This document shows, piece by piece, positions 9,201 through 19,425 of a stretch of DNA of 64,000 nt (the first letter of the stretch is position 1; the number at the start of each line of letters is the position of its first letter). Source of the DNA: Planctomycetota bacterium. GTDB lineage: Bacteria; Planctomycetota; Phycisphaerae; UBA1845. The translations under genes and the position numbers were made by a program. The notes beneath the pieces were generated by a model, which made no database searches, was not told the origin of the DNA, and saw nothing but the letters and a program-made list of their open reading frames with translations. Location: the NCBI GenBank assembly GCA_016200265.1, contig JACQFE010000074.1:671-64670 (forward strand), written 5' to 3'.

Positions 9201-12200
9201 TCAATCGCCTCCCGGACAATTCGTCAGCCCGTTGTAGGGGTAATAGCCAGTCTTGAAGGCCGTTACAGCATCAGCGACATCGGTGATGTTAACGATCATG
9301 TTGGGCAGGTCCGGCTGTAGATCGGTTTGTGCAATGAGCGAGGTAGAAACATCTCGAAATTTATCAACGATCGCCGCAATGTCGGTGACATTCGGTTGCG
9401 TTAGCGGTGCGGGTGACGGGCCTTGAAAAGGCGCCGCTACGTCGGCCCATCGTGCCGTCTTGATGGTCAGTGATGGCGATACGTCAGGACAAAATTCTTC
9501 GTTACCGTCACAAGTAAAAGCCAGCGTCTGCACCTGATAACTCGAACTCGGGATGACTTCGTAGCCGGTTACGTGCAACAGACCAGCAGCGGAGTAATTC
9601 ACGAAATTGGGCTCACATTGAAGCGTCGCACAATGGAAGGTCGAGGGTGGGTTGTCGCTCTCAGGACACAGTCCCGGAGGTCCGACATATCGCACCTGGC
9701 CTTCGAATTGTCCAAAACTCTGTGGCGGAAATGCAGGACTATTCGGCGGATTCGGATGCTGCAACGAAACAAGAGTCACGCGAATCGCCGTGTCAGGATC
9801 GAAGCCTCCTGTCGAAGGCACGGAGAAAGAAATATATCGATTCTTGTTGACTCCGGACGGATCGGCCACCGGAGTCGGATGCAAATTGCAGCTTGAAGAA
9901 TAGGTAATGAGCAGATTTCCGGTTCCGGTGGATCCATTCCAACCGCCGGCGCGGATCAGGTAACACATACCTCCCGTCACCGGTCGAGTAATCGTGGAAG
10001 CTCCGCCTCCGGCTCCACAACCGTCGTCATTACAATTGATCTGCGCGGCGGATGGCGGACAACTGCACGTTGCACTTGATCCGCCATAAATCACCATCAA
10101 CGTGTCGAAATTTGTGCCGTTGCACAGACTGAATGTCGCCGATCCAGTGCATGGAGCTACGTAGGTGTACCAAAGGTCCGGTCCGAACGGCTGGGAACCG
10201 TTGTCGCAGGAAACAGGGCTGGGACCGTCGAGGAATGCCTCCGTGTTGTCAAACGGCTGCGAAACGGTCGGTGAAATTGGAAGTGCCAACGCATTGGCAC
10301 AATCATCATTCGTCACGCCGCAGGTTATCGAACCGCAGCTCACGCCAAGCCCCCGAAAATTTCCGCTTCCTGAGCATTGGGCGGAAGTCTCAAAACTGCA
10401 AACGCCGTTCGCGAGGCAACATGCGCCCTCGCACTCATCGGGTATGGAGTCGCCATTGACGTCCGCGGAAGTATGCGACGCGATGTCGCATTCATCGGGA
10501 TTGCCGTTGCTGTTGCAGTCCTGGGCCGTCCCCGCGGCGATTTCGCACATATCGTTCTGGCCGTTGTTGTTGCAGTCGCCGGGGAATTCGCAACTGTCGG
10601 GAATGTTGTTCATGTTGCAGTCCGTGCTCGTCCCGTTGGCGATGTCGCAGATATCCTGAATGCCGTTGTTGTTGCAGTCGGCGTCCGGTTCGCAGGTGTC
10701 GGGAATCTGATTGTGGTTGCAATCCAGGGCGCCGTTGAGAACATCTTGTGAGTCAGGAATGCCGTTGTTGTTGCAATCCGCCGGAATTCGCAAGAAGTAG
10801 ACGTCCTGCTCGCCGTTGAATGTGGCCGCAAATGCCAGGCTCGCACCCGCATTATCTGAGATCATGTGGTAATAATCACCGATCTTGCTCTGCTGAGGCC
10901 AGCCGATGTTGCTATTCCACTGCGGCGTCACCGGAACGTTTGGCGACCAGGTGTAGCCGTTGTCGACGGAGAATGAGTAATAAGTTTCGGAGAGCTGGAA
11001 AGTGCCGTGACGCGTGTCGTTCCAAACAACATCGATGCGTCCGTTCGGAGCCACGGAAAGCGTTCCGAACCAGTGAAACGCGCCGTCGACGCCGTCGTCG
11101 TTTATGGTGATCGGAGTGCTCCAAGTCTGCCCCTTGTTCACGCTGCGAACGAAATGAACGTCGATGGGATTGCCGCTCGGCGGAGATACCGACCCCAACA
11201 TGTAGACGCGATTGACATTCGTGGGATCCGTGGCGATCCAAACTTGGCCGAGAAGACCGCCGGGGTTGGGATCATTGCCGCCAAATCCACCTGTGTCGCC
11301 GCCTAAGTCCACGCTGGTCACAAAATCAAACGTCGGAGAAACGTCAGGATCTCTTGCATTTGACGAACGAGTCACGAGATGCCCATCCTGATTGAGTGTC
11401 GACCCCGCGACGTACAAAGTTCCGTCAACGGCAACATCGTTCGTGCCCCATTTCATGCTCGGTTGAGGCATCGCAACCGGCGATTGAAACGATGCGGCAA
11501 AATCGATCGATCGAGTGATGTCGTTAGGCGGGCAGCAACTGAATTGCACGTTCCAATGCTCATAAATATGCCCCGCCCCCATGCCGCTTGTGCGTTTGTC
11601 AACGACCAGCCATTGCTTGTCACCGCCGAAGGCCGGCGTCCCTGTCGGAGGGTTCCAGGTGATGCCGCCATCCATGGATTTGAAAACTTGCGCAGAATTT
11701 GTCGAACTCAAGCTTGACCAATAGAAATTTCCAAAGCCGTCTGATCCGAGAACGGGATCGCTTCGAAACTGCCCCGGCTGAACCACGCCCGGAAACGTCC
11801 ACGTCAATCCGCCATCCGTTGAGTACGCATGACCGGCCTGTCGGAAATTGCTGTTGATCGTATCAAATTGACGCCAAGCAATCGCCATCTTGTTGGGATC
11901 GACTTTACTGATTGTAAGCGACGGCTCATTTGCGGCATCGCCGACGATGTTGTTTCCGGAGGCATTCACGTTGACCTGCACGCTGGTGAATGTCGCTCTC
12001 CGAATGATCGCACCCGGAGATGTGGCACGCATCTCGAGTGGATTCACTTCCACCGGCGGATCGACCTGTGTTTCCGGAGGAGGCGTCGTAACGCGGCGAT
12101 TCGATGATCTTCCATCCTTGTGAATAGGTGATTCGCCGTAGAGTGAGGGTAAGGCAGCTCCAATAGCTGACAACAGGACACAAACCGCAAGTTTCCGAAT

Positions 12201-12224
12201 CTGCTTCATTGCCATCAATTGCAT
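9201..12224 (-). CDS. Secreted BNR/sialidase-like beta-propeller protein fused to DCNxNGIPDxC repeats and a Cys-rich C-terminal region
   Basis: The 1007-aa ORF has a signal peptide (MKQIRKLAVCVLLSAIGAALPSLYG). It has four SxDxGxTW BNR/Asp-box motifs (STDGGLTW, SMDGGITW, SVNKGQTW, SVDNGYTW). Seven DCNxNGxPDxC units occupy 10428-10778. A Cys-rich C-terminal module follows. Confidence 0.8.
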   Translation of the reverse strand: MQLMAMKQIRKLAVCVLLSAIGAALPSLYGESPIHKDGRSSNRRVTTPPPETQVDPPVEVNPLEMRATSPGAIIRRATFTSVQVNVNASGNNIVGDAANEPSLTISKVDPNKMAIAWRQFDTINSNFRQAGHAYSTDGGLTWTFPGVVQPGQFRSDPVLGSDGFGNFYWSSLSSTNSAQVFKSMDGGITWNPPTGTPAFGGDKQWLVVDKRTSGMGAGHIYEHWNVQFSCCPPNDITRSIDFAASFQSPVAMPQPSMKWGTNDVAVDGTLYVAGSTLNQDGHLVTRSSNARDPDVSPTFDFVTSVDLGGDTGGFGGNDPNPGGLLGQVWIATDPTNVNRVYMLGSVSPPSGNPIDVHFVRSVNKGQTWSTPITINDDGVDGAFHWFGTLSVAPNGRIDVVWNDTRHGTFQLSETYYSFSVDNGYTWSPNVPVTPQWNSNIGWPQQSKIGDYYHMISDNAGASLAFAATFNGEQDVYFLRIPADCNNNGIPDSQDVLNGALDCNHNQIPDTCEPDADCNNNGIQDICDIANGTSTDCNMNNIPDSCEFPGDCNNNGQNDMCEIAAGTAQDCNSNGNPDECDIASHTSADVNGDSIPDECEGACCLANGVCSFETSAQCSGSGNFRGLGVSCGSITCGVTNDDCANALALPISPTVSQPFDNTEAFLDGPSPVSCDNGSQPFGPDLWYTYVAPCTGSATFSLCNGTNFDTLMVIYGGSSATCSCPPSAAQINCNDDGCGAGGGASTITRPVTGGMCYLIRAGGWNGSTGTGNLLITYSSSCNLHPTPVADPSGVNKNRYISFSVPSTGGFDPDTAIRVTLVSLQHPNPPNSPAFPPQSFGQFEGQVRYVGPPGLCPESDNPPSTFHCATLQCEPNFVNYSAAGLLHVTGYEVIPSSSYQVQTLAFTCDGNEEFCPDVSPSLTIKTARWADVAAPFQGPSPAPLTQPNVTDIAAIVDKFRDVSTSLIAQTDLQPDLPNMIVNITDVADAVTAFKTGYYPYNGLTNCPGGD

Positions 12225-12384
12225 ATCGCCTCCATTCGTGAGCGTTCCCTCGCAATACAGAGCAAGGGAATTTTAGGCAGGGCCAGCCGCATTATAACCA
12301 ATTGTGGCAATTTCTGATAACAAAATAGCTCGTGGGTGTTTGTAACAAGGCACATTTCGATCCGGAAAAACTCACATTTCAACG

Positions 12385-13125
12385 ATGATTGAATTTGAAA
12401 ATTCTGGGAAACATGACAGAATGTTGTCCATGACACAAACGACGATGGGAAAATCGATATTGATTGTCGAAGACGAAGCGGATATGGCCGACATTCTTCG
12501 CTTCAACCTCGAAAAGGAAGGCTATCGATGCCGCCGGGCTGGCGATGGAACCACGGCCTGGGCGGAAATTCGCAAGCAGGCCCCAGATCTTGTCATTTTG
12601 GACCGAATGCTACCCGACGGATCCGGCGACGAAGTCGCAAGCAAAATGCACGGCGACCCTCGCACCAATTTCATTCCAGTTCTCATGCTGACAGCAAAGG
12701 CCGAGGACACTGATCAGCTCGTCGGTTTTGCCCTGGGGGCATCGGATTACGTCACAAAGCCATTTAATATGAAGGTACTCACGGCCCGCGTGGGATCCCT
12801 CTTGCGACGTCCAGTCTCAACTCCGGAGTCCGAATTCATCACCGGCGGCCCTATTACCTTGGATCAGAGTCGCTTTGAGGTGTGTGTCGACGGCGAGGTA
12901 GTCGCACTCACGACCACTGAGTTCAGAATCCTAAAGACGTTAATGGCTGCGGAAGGTCGTGTGCTCGATCGCTCCCGTCTTATCGATCTCGTTCTCGGTC
13001 CGACAGTGGCAGTCACTGATCGAACCATTGACGTTCACATTGCGGGACTGCGCAAGAAACTGGGATCGGCCAAAGACTGGGTTCAAACGGTTCGCGGCGT
13101 GGGTTACACTTTTAGATCTCCGTGA
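12385..13125 (+). CDS. OmpR/PhoB-family response regulator (receiver + winged-helix DNA-binding domain)
   Basis: Receiver motifs read ILIVEDE...DLVILDRMLPDGSG...LTAKA. The winged-helix end reads VQTVRGVGYTF. The true start is probably an internal ATG (12430 or 12445) just before MGKSILIVEDE. Confidence 0.85.
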   Translation: MIEFENSGKHDRMLSMTQTTMGKSILIVEDEADMADILRFNLEKEGYRCRRAGDGTTAWAEIRKQAPDLVILDRMLPDGSGDEVASKMHGDPRTNFIPVLMLTAKAEDTDQLVGFALGASDYVTKPFNMKVLTARVGSLLRRPVSTPESEFITGGPITLDQSRFEVCVDGEVVALTTTEFRILKTLMAAEGRVLDRSRLIDLVLGPTVAVTDRTIDVHIAGLRKKLGSAKDWVQTVRGVGYTFRSP

Positions 13126-13261
13126 CGACTCGTCGCATTATTTGTTACGATTCGAAATTCCGCAAACAAATTCGTTCTGCAGATCAAGACTCAGAGTGCC
13201 CAGTGAATCGACACACCGAGCAAATAGCGTCCTTATCTTTATTAAGTTGGGCTTTGCTCTC

Positions 13262-15172
13262 ATGTTGATGCGTGGAAGATTCTTTTGGAAGCTCGCGATT
13301 GGAAATTCCCTGCTGATTGCAATCGCTCTCGCCGTCTGCTTATGGACGGTTTCCGAGCAATTTGATCGGCTCGATCGAGATGCACAAATCCGATATCTCA
13401 CCGGCCACGCAAACGCAGTGCGGTCGTTTCTATCCAACCAATTCGCCGAAACACAAACAAGAGAATTGCAGCGCCTGGTCGATTCCTTGCGGATGAGCGA
13501 TCCAAATTCTCCACGACTCACGATCGTTCTCGCGAACGGCACTGTCCTCGCGGATTCCAATCATGACGCGAACAGCATGGACAATCACGCCGATCGCCCT
13601 GAGATTCGTAACGCCCTCCATGTTGGCTGGGGTTCGAGCATGCGATATTCGCGCACAGTGGATCAAGAAATGTGCTATGTCGCTGTTCGCGCCGGCAATC
13701 CCGCGAACCCAGTTGGCGTGGTTCGTGCCTCGCTTCCTCGCGAGCAGCTCGTCAGCCGAGCAGAGTTAAATCGTCGCACCCTGTTGACTCTCGGCTTGAT
13801 TGCGATGTTCGTCGGGCTGTTGTTGACGCTTCTGCTCGCGGGGATGTGGACGCGCCGAATCCGTCGACTCACGACCGTCGCCCAGGTGATCGCACGCGGC
13901 GATCCCGCGGCTCGTGTGGACGTCACCGGAACCGACGAAGTCGCGATGTTGGGTCGATCGATCAATCGAATGACCGAACGTCTCGATCGTCAGCTTCAGG
14001 TGATGGATCGGCAACATCGCACGCTCGAGTCGCTGCTCTCCTGTTTGCTGGAAGGCGTCATTATCATTGACAACGACGGCGTAATCACACTGTACAACAA
14101 AGCCGCCCAGCGAATGCTGGGGCTTCCGACGAATGACGGGAAATCGCAAAAAAAGCTCCCCGTGGAACAATGGCTCCCGTACCACGACATTCTTCGCTTG
14201 CTGCCGCGAGACGGCTCAGAAGTCAATGAACCCGCCAACATCCCTGACGAGATTCTCCGAAAGCCAATTCACGAAGTGCGCACCGAGATCAACACGCGTG
14301 ATGGTCGGATGACCGTGCTCGCGCGAGCTTCGGATCTCTTGCTTCCGGAATCCGCCCAAGTGGATGGGAAACCACCAAGAGCTCGACGTGCCGCTTCAAG
14401 ACTCGTTGTGCTGACCGATATCACCGACCTCGATCGCGCCATCAAACTTCGCGCGGACTTTGTTGCCAATGCATCGCACGAATTGCGCACGCCGCTCTCC
14501 GCGATCCGAGCGGCCGTCGAGACGTTGGACCATTTGGACCTCGCCTCTGAGCAAGAGGCCGCACATCGCTTCATCAGCGTGATCTCTCGACATGCGTCGC
14601 GGCTGGAATCCCTGGTGAGCGATTTACTAACGTTGTCGCGCGTCGAATCATCGGGGCTTCGTTTTGAGCCTCGCGATCTGCACCTTGGCCGCGAATTTGA
14701 ACGCCTCGTGGAACGTTGGAACGAGCCTGCATTGGCAAAGGCAGTAAACATTCGTTGGGAGGTCGCGGAAGGCAGCCAAATTGCAAGTTTGAACGCCGAA
14801 CTTCTCACCCTGGCGTTGGACAATCTGGTCGACAATGCCATCAAGTTCACTCCCGGTGGAAAGAAAATCTCGGTGTCCGCGGTGCGAAATGAAAATGAAC
14901 TTCGGATCAGCGTCCGCGATGAGGGCTGCGGCATCCCGCCGGCGCTCCACGCCAGAGTCTTCGAACGATTCTATCAGGTCGACCCCGCTCGTACCGGCGA
15001 CGTTGCTCGCGGAACGGGACTTGGCCTCTCCATTGTAAGACATGCGACAACCGCCATGGGCGGAATGGTTCAAATCGAAAGCACACCCGGAATTGGCACT
15101 TGCGTGACGCTCACGTTTCCTTTGCGAGGGGTCCCCGGATCAGTTCGGCCAACCACATCAATAATCTCCTGA
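13262..15172 (+). CDS. PhoR-like sensor histidine kinase (TM, HAMP, PAS, HisKA, HATPase_c)
   Basis: Track ORF 12959..15172 overlaps the regulator. The ATG at 13262 (MLMRGRFFWKLAIGNSLLIAIALAV) starts at a TM helix. H-box is FVANASHELRTPL, N-box DNLVDNAIKFT, G-boxes DEGCGIP and GTGLGLSIV. Confidence 0.85.
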   Translation: MLMRGRFFWKLAIGNSLLIAIALAVCLWTVSEQFDRLDRDAQIRYLTGHANAVRSFLSNQFAETQTRELQRLVDSLRMSDPNSPRLTIVLANGTVLADSNHDANSMDNHADRPEIRNALHVGWGSSMRYSRTVDQEMCYVAVRAGNPANPVGVVRASLPREQLVSRAELNRRTLLTLGLIAMFVGLLLTLLLAGMWTRRIRRLTTVAQVIARGDPAARVDVTGTDEVAMLGRSINRMTERLDRQLQVMDRQHRTLESLLSCLLEGVIIIDNDGVITLYNKAAQRMLGLPTNDGKSQKKLPVEQWLPYHDILRLLPRDGSEVNEPANIPDEILRKPIHEVRTEINTRDGRMTVLARASDLLLPESAQVDGKPPRARRAASRLVVLTDITDLDRAIKLRADFVANASHELRTPLSAIRAAVETLDHLDLASEQEAAHRFISVISRHASRLESLVSDLLTLSRVESSGLRFEPRDLHLGREFERLVERWNEPALAKAVNIRWEVAEGSQIASLNAELLTLALDNLVDNAIKFTPGGKKISVSAVRNENELRISVRDEGCGIPPALHARVFERFYQVDPARTGDVARGTGLGLSIVRHATTAMGGMVQIESTPGIGTCVTLTFPLRGVPGSVRPTTSIIS

Positions 15173-15310
15173 GCAAATCACCAAAGATGCCTTTCTGCTT
15201 AAGGAAAGCATTTACATTTGTGCGTGAAGCGAGAAGGAGATCGGAGACCCCGTCGCGGGGCCGGAGTCCGCGCGATTGCGCGCGGGCTCCGGGCAAAGCC
15301 GGGGACCAGG

Positions 15311-18300
15311 TCAATACTGGCAGGTTGGGTTAGTGAAGCAGAACGCGGACAGCCCGAAGAAGGCTCCTGAGAGATCACACGACGACTTGCACGTCGTCCC
15401 GCCGTAGCACTCGTGGATGCAGTAATCCCCCGCACCGCTGCAGTCCGCGTCCGTCTCGCAGACATCGCCGCTGTCGTTGCAGGTTCTGTCGTCCTTGCAC
15501 ACGTGCCCGACGTTGGGTGCGTTGTCGAGTTCCGTGCAGATAGGCGTGCAACCGCTGAAGGGCGCCGCACGACACTCGGGTGCGACTGTGTAGGCGTACT
15601 GGCGATCCGCAAAGCAGAACAAACTCGGATCGTGGTAGCATGACCCGGGGAAACCCCCGCACTCGGCATCCGTAAGGCAGGGCTTGCCGGGGGTTGCGGT
15701 GGGAAAGACGCAGTAGTCGCAGCCGGGGACGGGAACCTGAACCTGCGGGATATCGCAGGATGCCGCTGTCCATCCGTTTTGTTTCGCTGTAGCCCCGCAG
15801 TACTCTGTCATGACGCAGCCGCCCCCGATGTTGAGTGCGTCGCACTTGACGACGCCGGGGCTGCATGCGCTGATCAAGTCGGTGCAATCAACTCCGCTGC
15901 CGTCGTAGTTACACGATACACAGTTGTGTATGTCTGACACGACGTCAGTGCACTTGCCGTCGCAGCACTGAAAGGATGTCGTTCCGTCGGTAGCGTCTTG
16001 ATCCCTGCAGTTTTGATCAGGAGCCCCTCCGCTTCCGCAGCACTCCTGGCAGCGGCCGGTCACCCCGAGAGCCGGCGTTCCACCGAGTCCGTCTCTCGCC
16101 ATCCCCGCGCAACAGACGTAGTCGAACGTCCTTCCGGGTATGGAACCGCAATCGCCGCGGGTGTCGGGGACGCATTCTCCAGACGGATAAGTAGCGTTAC
16201 GGCACTCAGAGTTAGACTCGCATCCCACGCCCTGTCGAATCCCGCTGTTGAAATCGCAGGAACTTTGGACGCACTTCGCATTGGGCCTGATATTCCCTGG
16301 ATCACACTCTTGGCGGCTCGTGCACGCTCTTCCAGGACTCTCGGCATCCTTATTGCATCGTCCCATTACAGTGCAAACATCGCCGTACCCGCCTTCGGCT
16401 GGGGCCGGGACGCAGTAGGGCGTCGGGCAGACTAGGCCCGGAGGACATCCGCAAACCCAGCCGTCGGGACATTCGATGCTGTTCTTGCAATAGTAAGGGA
16501 CGCACTCGCCGCCGCTGCACTTTCCGGGAGCATCCTCACCGAGTGGGTGATATGTGCAGGCGGTCCCCCAGGGTTTCTTTTCGTCCGGTCCGCAGTTGGG
16601 GTAATCGTCAAAGTCGGAGCGGCCGTTGCTCGGGACCACCGAAGGGCTGCCGCAGAATTCCGCCACATCGCACTCGTTCGCGGCCGGGCGGCACCGGGCG
16701 CCTGGACTTCGGGTCACATTTTGATCAACGCAGTTGCCGTTGGCGTCGCAGCTGAACTTCTCGCACGCATAATCTCCGATGCAATCGGTGCCTGCGGGCA
16801 AATATCCGTTGGACAGGCAGTGGCCGGAATAGTCGCAGGTCCACGGCTTCTCGCAGGGCAAAGTGGCTCCCGGACACACCGTTGCAACGCAATGTCCACC
16901 GTCACCACATTGAGGGTGACCGAGAACGAGTTCTTCATATAGATCACAGTACTCGCCGGCACGCGGCCCTCCGTCACACGTCGCACCGGGCAGAACCTGG
17001 CTGGCAGCGCAAACACCGTAATTCGTACAATACGAGGGCGGGTTGCAGAAGGCGTCCGCACCGATGCCCCCGTCACGACAAGGGATCGTGGGGTTGAAAA
17101 CACCGATTTGGGGTGTCGGGCACGTCGAATTCGTACCTGTGCAGTATACAACTTCCCTGCATGTGTAGTTTCCATACGCATCAGTGGGCAAGATACAAGC
17201 GTGCGACGACGGCTTGAACGCGTCCACGCAGGTGTCGTCGGTCCCCGAGCAGTGATCGATCCCGTCGCACGCGCCGCCGTTCAAGTTCCCTGTGCAGGGC
17301 GTCGACGCCGACTTGAAGCCTCCGATCGTGCAGCCGCCGGCCCCGTCACACGCATCAGCGTTTCTGCAGGCAGTTCCGGCGTTCCCGCACGCCGCCCCGG
17401 CCGCCGCGTAATTCGGCACACAACTCCCATCGGTCCCGCTGCAGTGATTGGGATGATCGCAATCGGTGTCGGTCTGGTCGCCACAGGCCGTTGATGCCAG
17501 TGCGTACTTGGGCGCACAGGCGTTTGTCGTCCCATCACAGGTGTCGTCCGGGTCGCAGGGCAATGTCCCCGCCAGGCATACGACCCCGTTCGCTTTCTTG
17601 CGGTCGATGCAGGCGCCCGTCGCGTTGCAACTGTCCGGTGCATTGCACGCCGTGTTGTCGGAGGAGCCGCAGACCGTGAATTCTGGTGCGTACTTGGGCG
17701 CACAGACGTTTGTCGTCCCATCACAGGTGTCGTCCGGGTCGCAGGGCAATGTCCCCGCCAGGCACACGACCCCGCTTGCTTTCTTGCGGTCGACGCAGGT
17801 GCCCGTCGCGTTGCAGCTGTCCGGGGCGTTGCACGCCGTATTGTCGGACGAGCCGCAGGCGGAAAATTCTAGTGCGTATTTGGGCACACAGGCGTTGGTT
17901 GTGCCATCACAGGTGTCGTCAGGATCGCAGGGTAACGTCCCCGCCAGGCACACGACCCCGCTCGCTTTCTTGCGGTCGATGCAGGCACCCGTCGCGTTGC
18001 AGCTGTCAGGGGCGTTGCACGCCGTATTGTCGGACGAGCCACAGGCCGTGCCCGATGCGCGGTTCGTCCAAGCGAAGCGGTTCGTCGTCGCTTGACACCA
18101 CTGGCAGTCGTTATCCCGGTTGATCGCTCCGTTATCGTAGAAGATTTTGTTGATTTTGCAGCCGCGCTTGCAGAGGCCTCCGCCACAGACGGCGCCTTCG
18201 CAACATTGATCGTCGGTTTTACACGTCGCCCTGCCGCCCGGTGGAATGCAGGCGGATGGCCCGGCCAGAGATACCTGCGGCATCATGCCAACAGTCAGAC

Positions 18301-18436
18301 CACCGAGCACCAACACCCAGCCGCTGGCGGTCGGCATACTTCTGCCCCGCAACGCCGTCCCCCGACTTTGCACGATTCGCAGGTTTTTCAACCCGAACAT
18401 CTCGATCTTATTCGATTTCACTACCGTTCTCCTCAT
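15311..18436 (-). CDS. Giant extremely cysteine-rich secreted repeat protein
   Basis: Track ORF 15311..18589. Plausible starts are at 18436 (MRRTVV...), 18400 or 18337, all preceding the hydrophobic segment WVLVLGGLTVGMM. Cys-rich modules of the type CxxxDxCDGxGxC occur throughout. Three near-identical 62-aa units read ACGSSDNTACNAPDSCNATGACIDRKKASGVVCLAGTLPCDPDDTCDGTTNAC. Confidence 0.75.
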   Translation of the reverse strand: MRRTVVKSNKIEMFGLKNLRIVQSRGTALRGRSMPTASGWVLVLGGLTVGMMPQVSLAGPSACIPPGGRATCKTDDQCCEGAVCGGGLCKRGCKINKIFYDNGAINRDNDCQWCQATTNRFAWTNRASGTACGSSDNTACNAPDSCNATGACIDRKKASGVVCLAGTLPCDPDDTCDGTTNACVPKYALEFSACGSSDNTACNAPDSCNATGTCVDRKKASGVVCLAGTLPCDPDDTCDGTTNVCAPKYAPEFTVCGSSDNTACNAPDSCNATGACIDRKKANGVVCLAGTLPCDPDDTCDGTTNACAPKYALASTACGDQTDTDCDHPNHCSGTDGSCVPNYAAAGAACGNAGTACRNADACDGAGGCTIGGFKSASTPCTGNLNGGACDGIDHCSGTDDTCVDAFKPSSHACILPTDAYGNYTCREVVYCTGTNSTCPTPQIGVFNPTIPCRDGGIGADAFCNPPSYCTNYGVCAASQVLPGATCDGGPRAGEYCDLYEELVLGHPQCGDGGHCVATVCPGATLPCEKPWTCDYSGHCLSNGYLPAGTDCIGDYACEKFSCDANGNCVDQNVTRSPGARCRPAANECDVAEFCGSPSVVPSNGRSDFDDYPNCGPDEKKPWGTACTYHPLGEDAPGKCSGGECVPYYCKNSIECPDGWVCGCPPGLVCPTPYCVPAPAEGGYGDVCTVMGRCNKDAESPGRACTSRQECDPGNIRPNAKCVQSSCDFNSGIRQGVGCESNSECRNATYPSGECVPDTRGDCGSIPGRTFDYVCCAGMARDGLGGTPALGVTGRCQECCGSGGAPDQNCRDQDATDGTTSFQCCDGKCTDVVSDIHNCVSCNYDGSGVDCTDLISACSPGVVKCDALNIGGGCVMTEYCGATAKQNGWTAASCDIPQVQVPVPGCDYCVFPTATPGKPCLTDAECGGFPGSCYHDPSLFCFADRQYAYTVAPECRAAPFSGCTPICTELDNAPNVGHVCKDDRTCNDSGDVCETDADCSGAGDYCIHECYGGTTCKSSCDLSGAFFGLSAFCFTNPTCQY
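17499..18056. repeat. Tandem repeat, 3 x 186 bp, inside the Cys-rich protein gene
   Basis: Period-186 repetition is visible in the DNA, with units starting at about 17499, 17685 and 17871. It is mirrored in the antisense track ORF 17466..18095, where AYLGAQxFVVPSQVSSGSQGNVPARHTTP... repeats three times. Confidence 0.9.
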
Positions 18437-18784
18437 CGCTTGTTTCTCAAACCGCAGATCCTTTTGAGCCCCGGTTCCGCGGGAACAGGGTGCCGACATG
18501 CAGGCCCGTATCGAGCGTGAAGGTTTTCTCTCAACCCGAACAATGGCGGCGTCAGAAAGAGAAACACGATTGGGCGGCGGAGGGGACAAAAAAACGATTC
18601 CATGGCCGTCCGGATGGCGTAATAAGACATCCGGCTGCCCTAAAGGTATGATGACCGCTGCCGCATGCCTTCAATGTCTCGATTGCGAACACGGCATTCT
18701 TGGGGAGGCAGCAGGTTGGTTGCACAAAGTTGCGCGGCTCAAGGCGGGAAAAGACCATGTTCGCCGAATTACTCAGAAGGATGG

Positions 18785-19384
18785 ATGGAGGCTGTTTTGG
18801 CCGGCACGCCGGGAAAAAACGGCGGCACCGAGGCGGTAAAACTGACGCTGCAGCAACTCGTTGCTGGGGACTTATCCGCCGCGGACCGACTGCTTCCAGT
18901 GGTCTACGACCAACTCCGAAGCCTCGCCGACAGGATGCTTCGCGGAGGTCGTCCGGATCACACGCTCCAGCCCACCGCGCTTGTTCACGAGGTGTTTCTG
19001 AGGATGGTCCATGACGACCAACGCACCTGGAAAGACCGGGCGCACTTTCTGAACGTGTGCGCCCTGGCCATGCGTCAAATACTCATCAATTACGCTCGCG
19101 ATCGCGGCACCGACAAACGTGGCGGAGGATGGCAACGCATCACCCTGTCAGGTTTTTCGCACGAAGCACATAGCCTCGACGTGGATGCCGGCGCACTGCA
19201 CGCAGCGCTCGAGCAGTTGGCTCAGCTCAATCCAAGACATTACCAGGTCGTCGTCGCGCGATTCCTGGGAGGGCTTTCCGTGGAGGAGGCCGCGCTTGTG
19301 CTTGGAGTTACGGAACGCACCGTTAAGCGCGACTGGAGCGCGGCAAGGGTCTGGTTGGCGCTACAACTCAAAAAAGCCGGCTGA
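18785..19384 (+). CDS. ECF-type RNA polymerase sigma factor (Ser/Thr-kinase-associated ECF subgroup)
   Basis: Track ORF 18665..19384; the ATG at 18785 (MEAVLAG...) is the likely start. Region 2 reads TLQPTALVHEVFLRMV. Region 4 HTH reads LSVEEAALVLGVTERTVKRDWSAARVWL. It lies 41 nt upstream of a Ser/Thr kinase gene. Confidence 0.8.
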   Translation: MEAVLAGTPGKNGGTEAVKLTLQQLVAGDLSAADRLLPVVYDQLRSLADRMLRGGRPDHTLQPTALVHEVFLRMVHDDQRTWKDRAHFLNVCALAMRQILINYARDRGTDKRGGGWQRITLSGFSHEAHSLDVDAGALHAALEQLAQLNPRHYQVVVARFLGGLSVEEAALVLGVTERTVKRDWSAARVWLALQLKKAG

Positions 19385-19425
19385 AAATTGCTCGGTTCCT
19401 GACCGTCCGGTGAAATGGAAGTCGA

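Noticed and set aside
10165-10751. Plus-strand ORFs (10165..10659, 10377..10751) overlapping the DCN-repeat region of the BNR protein gene, and analogous antisense ORFs at 44330..44782 and 45290..45523.
   Set aside because: They are open only because the repeat DNA lacks stops in several frames. The sense frames give the regular DCNxNGIPDxC pattern.
17466-18095. A 209-aa plus-strand ORF with a striking threefold internal repeat, plus several other long ORFs antisense to the Cys-rich gene (e.g. 17686..18123, 18092..18520).
   Set aside because: They are mirror images of the 3 x 186 bp repeat and of a high-GC gene on the minus strand. The minus-strand product has a signal sequence and coherent Cys-rich domain structure, whereas the antisense products are low-complexity.
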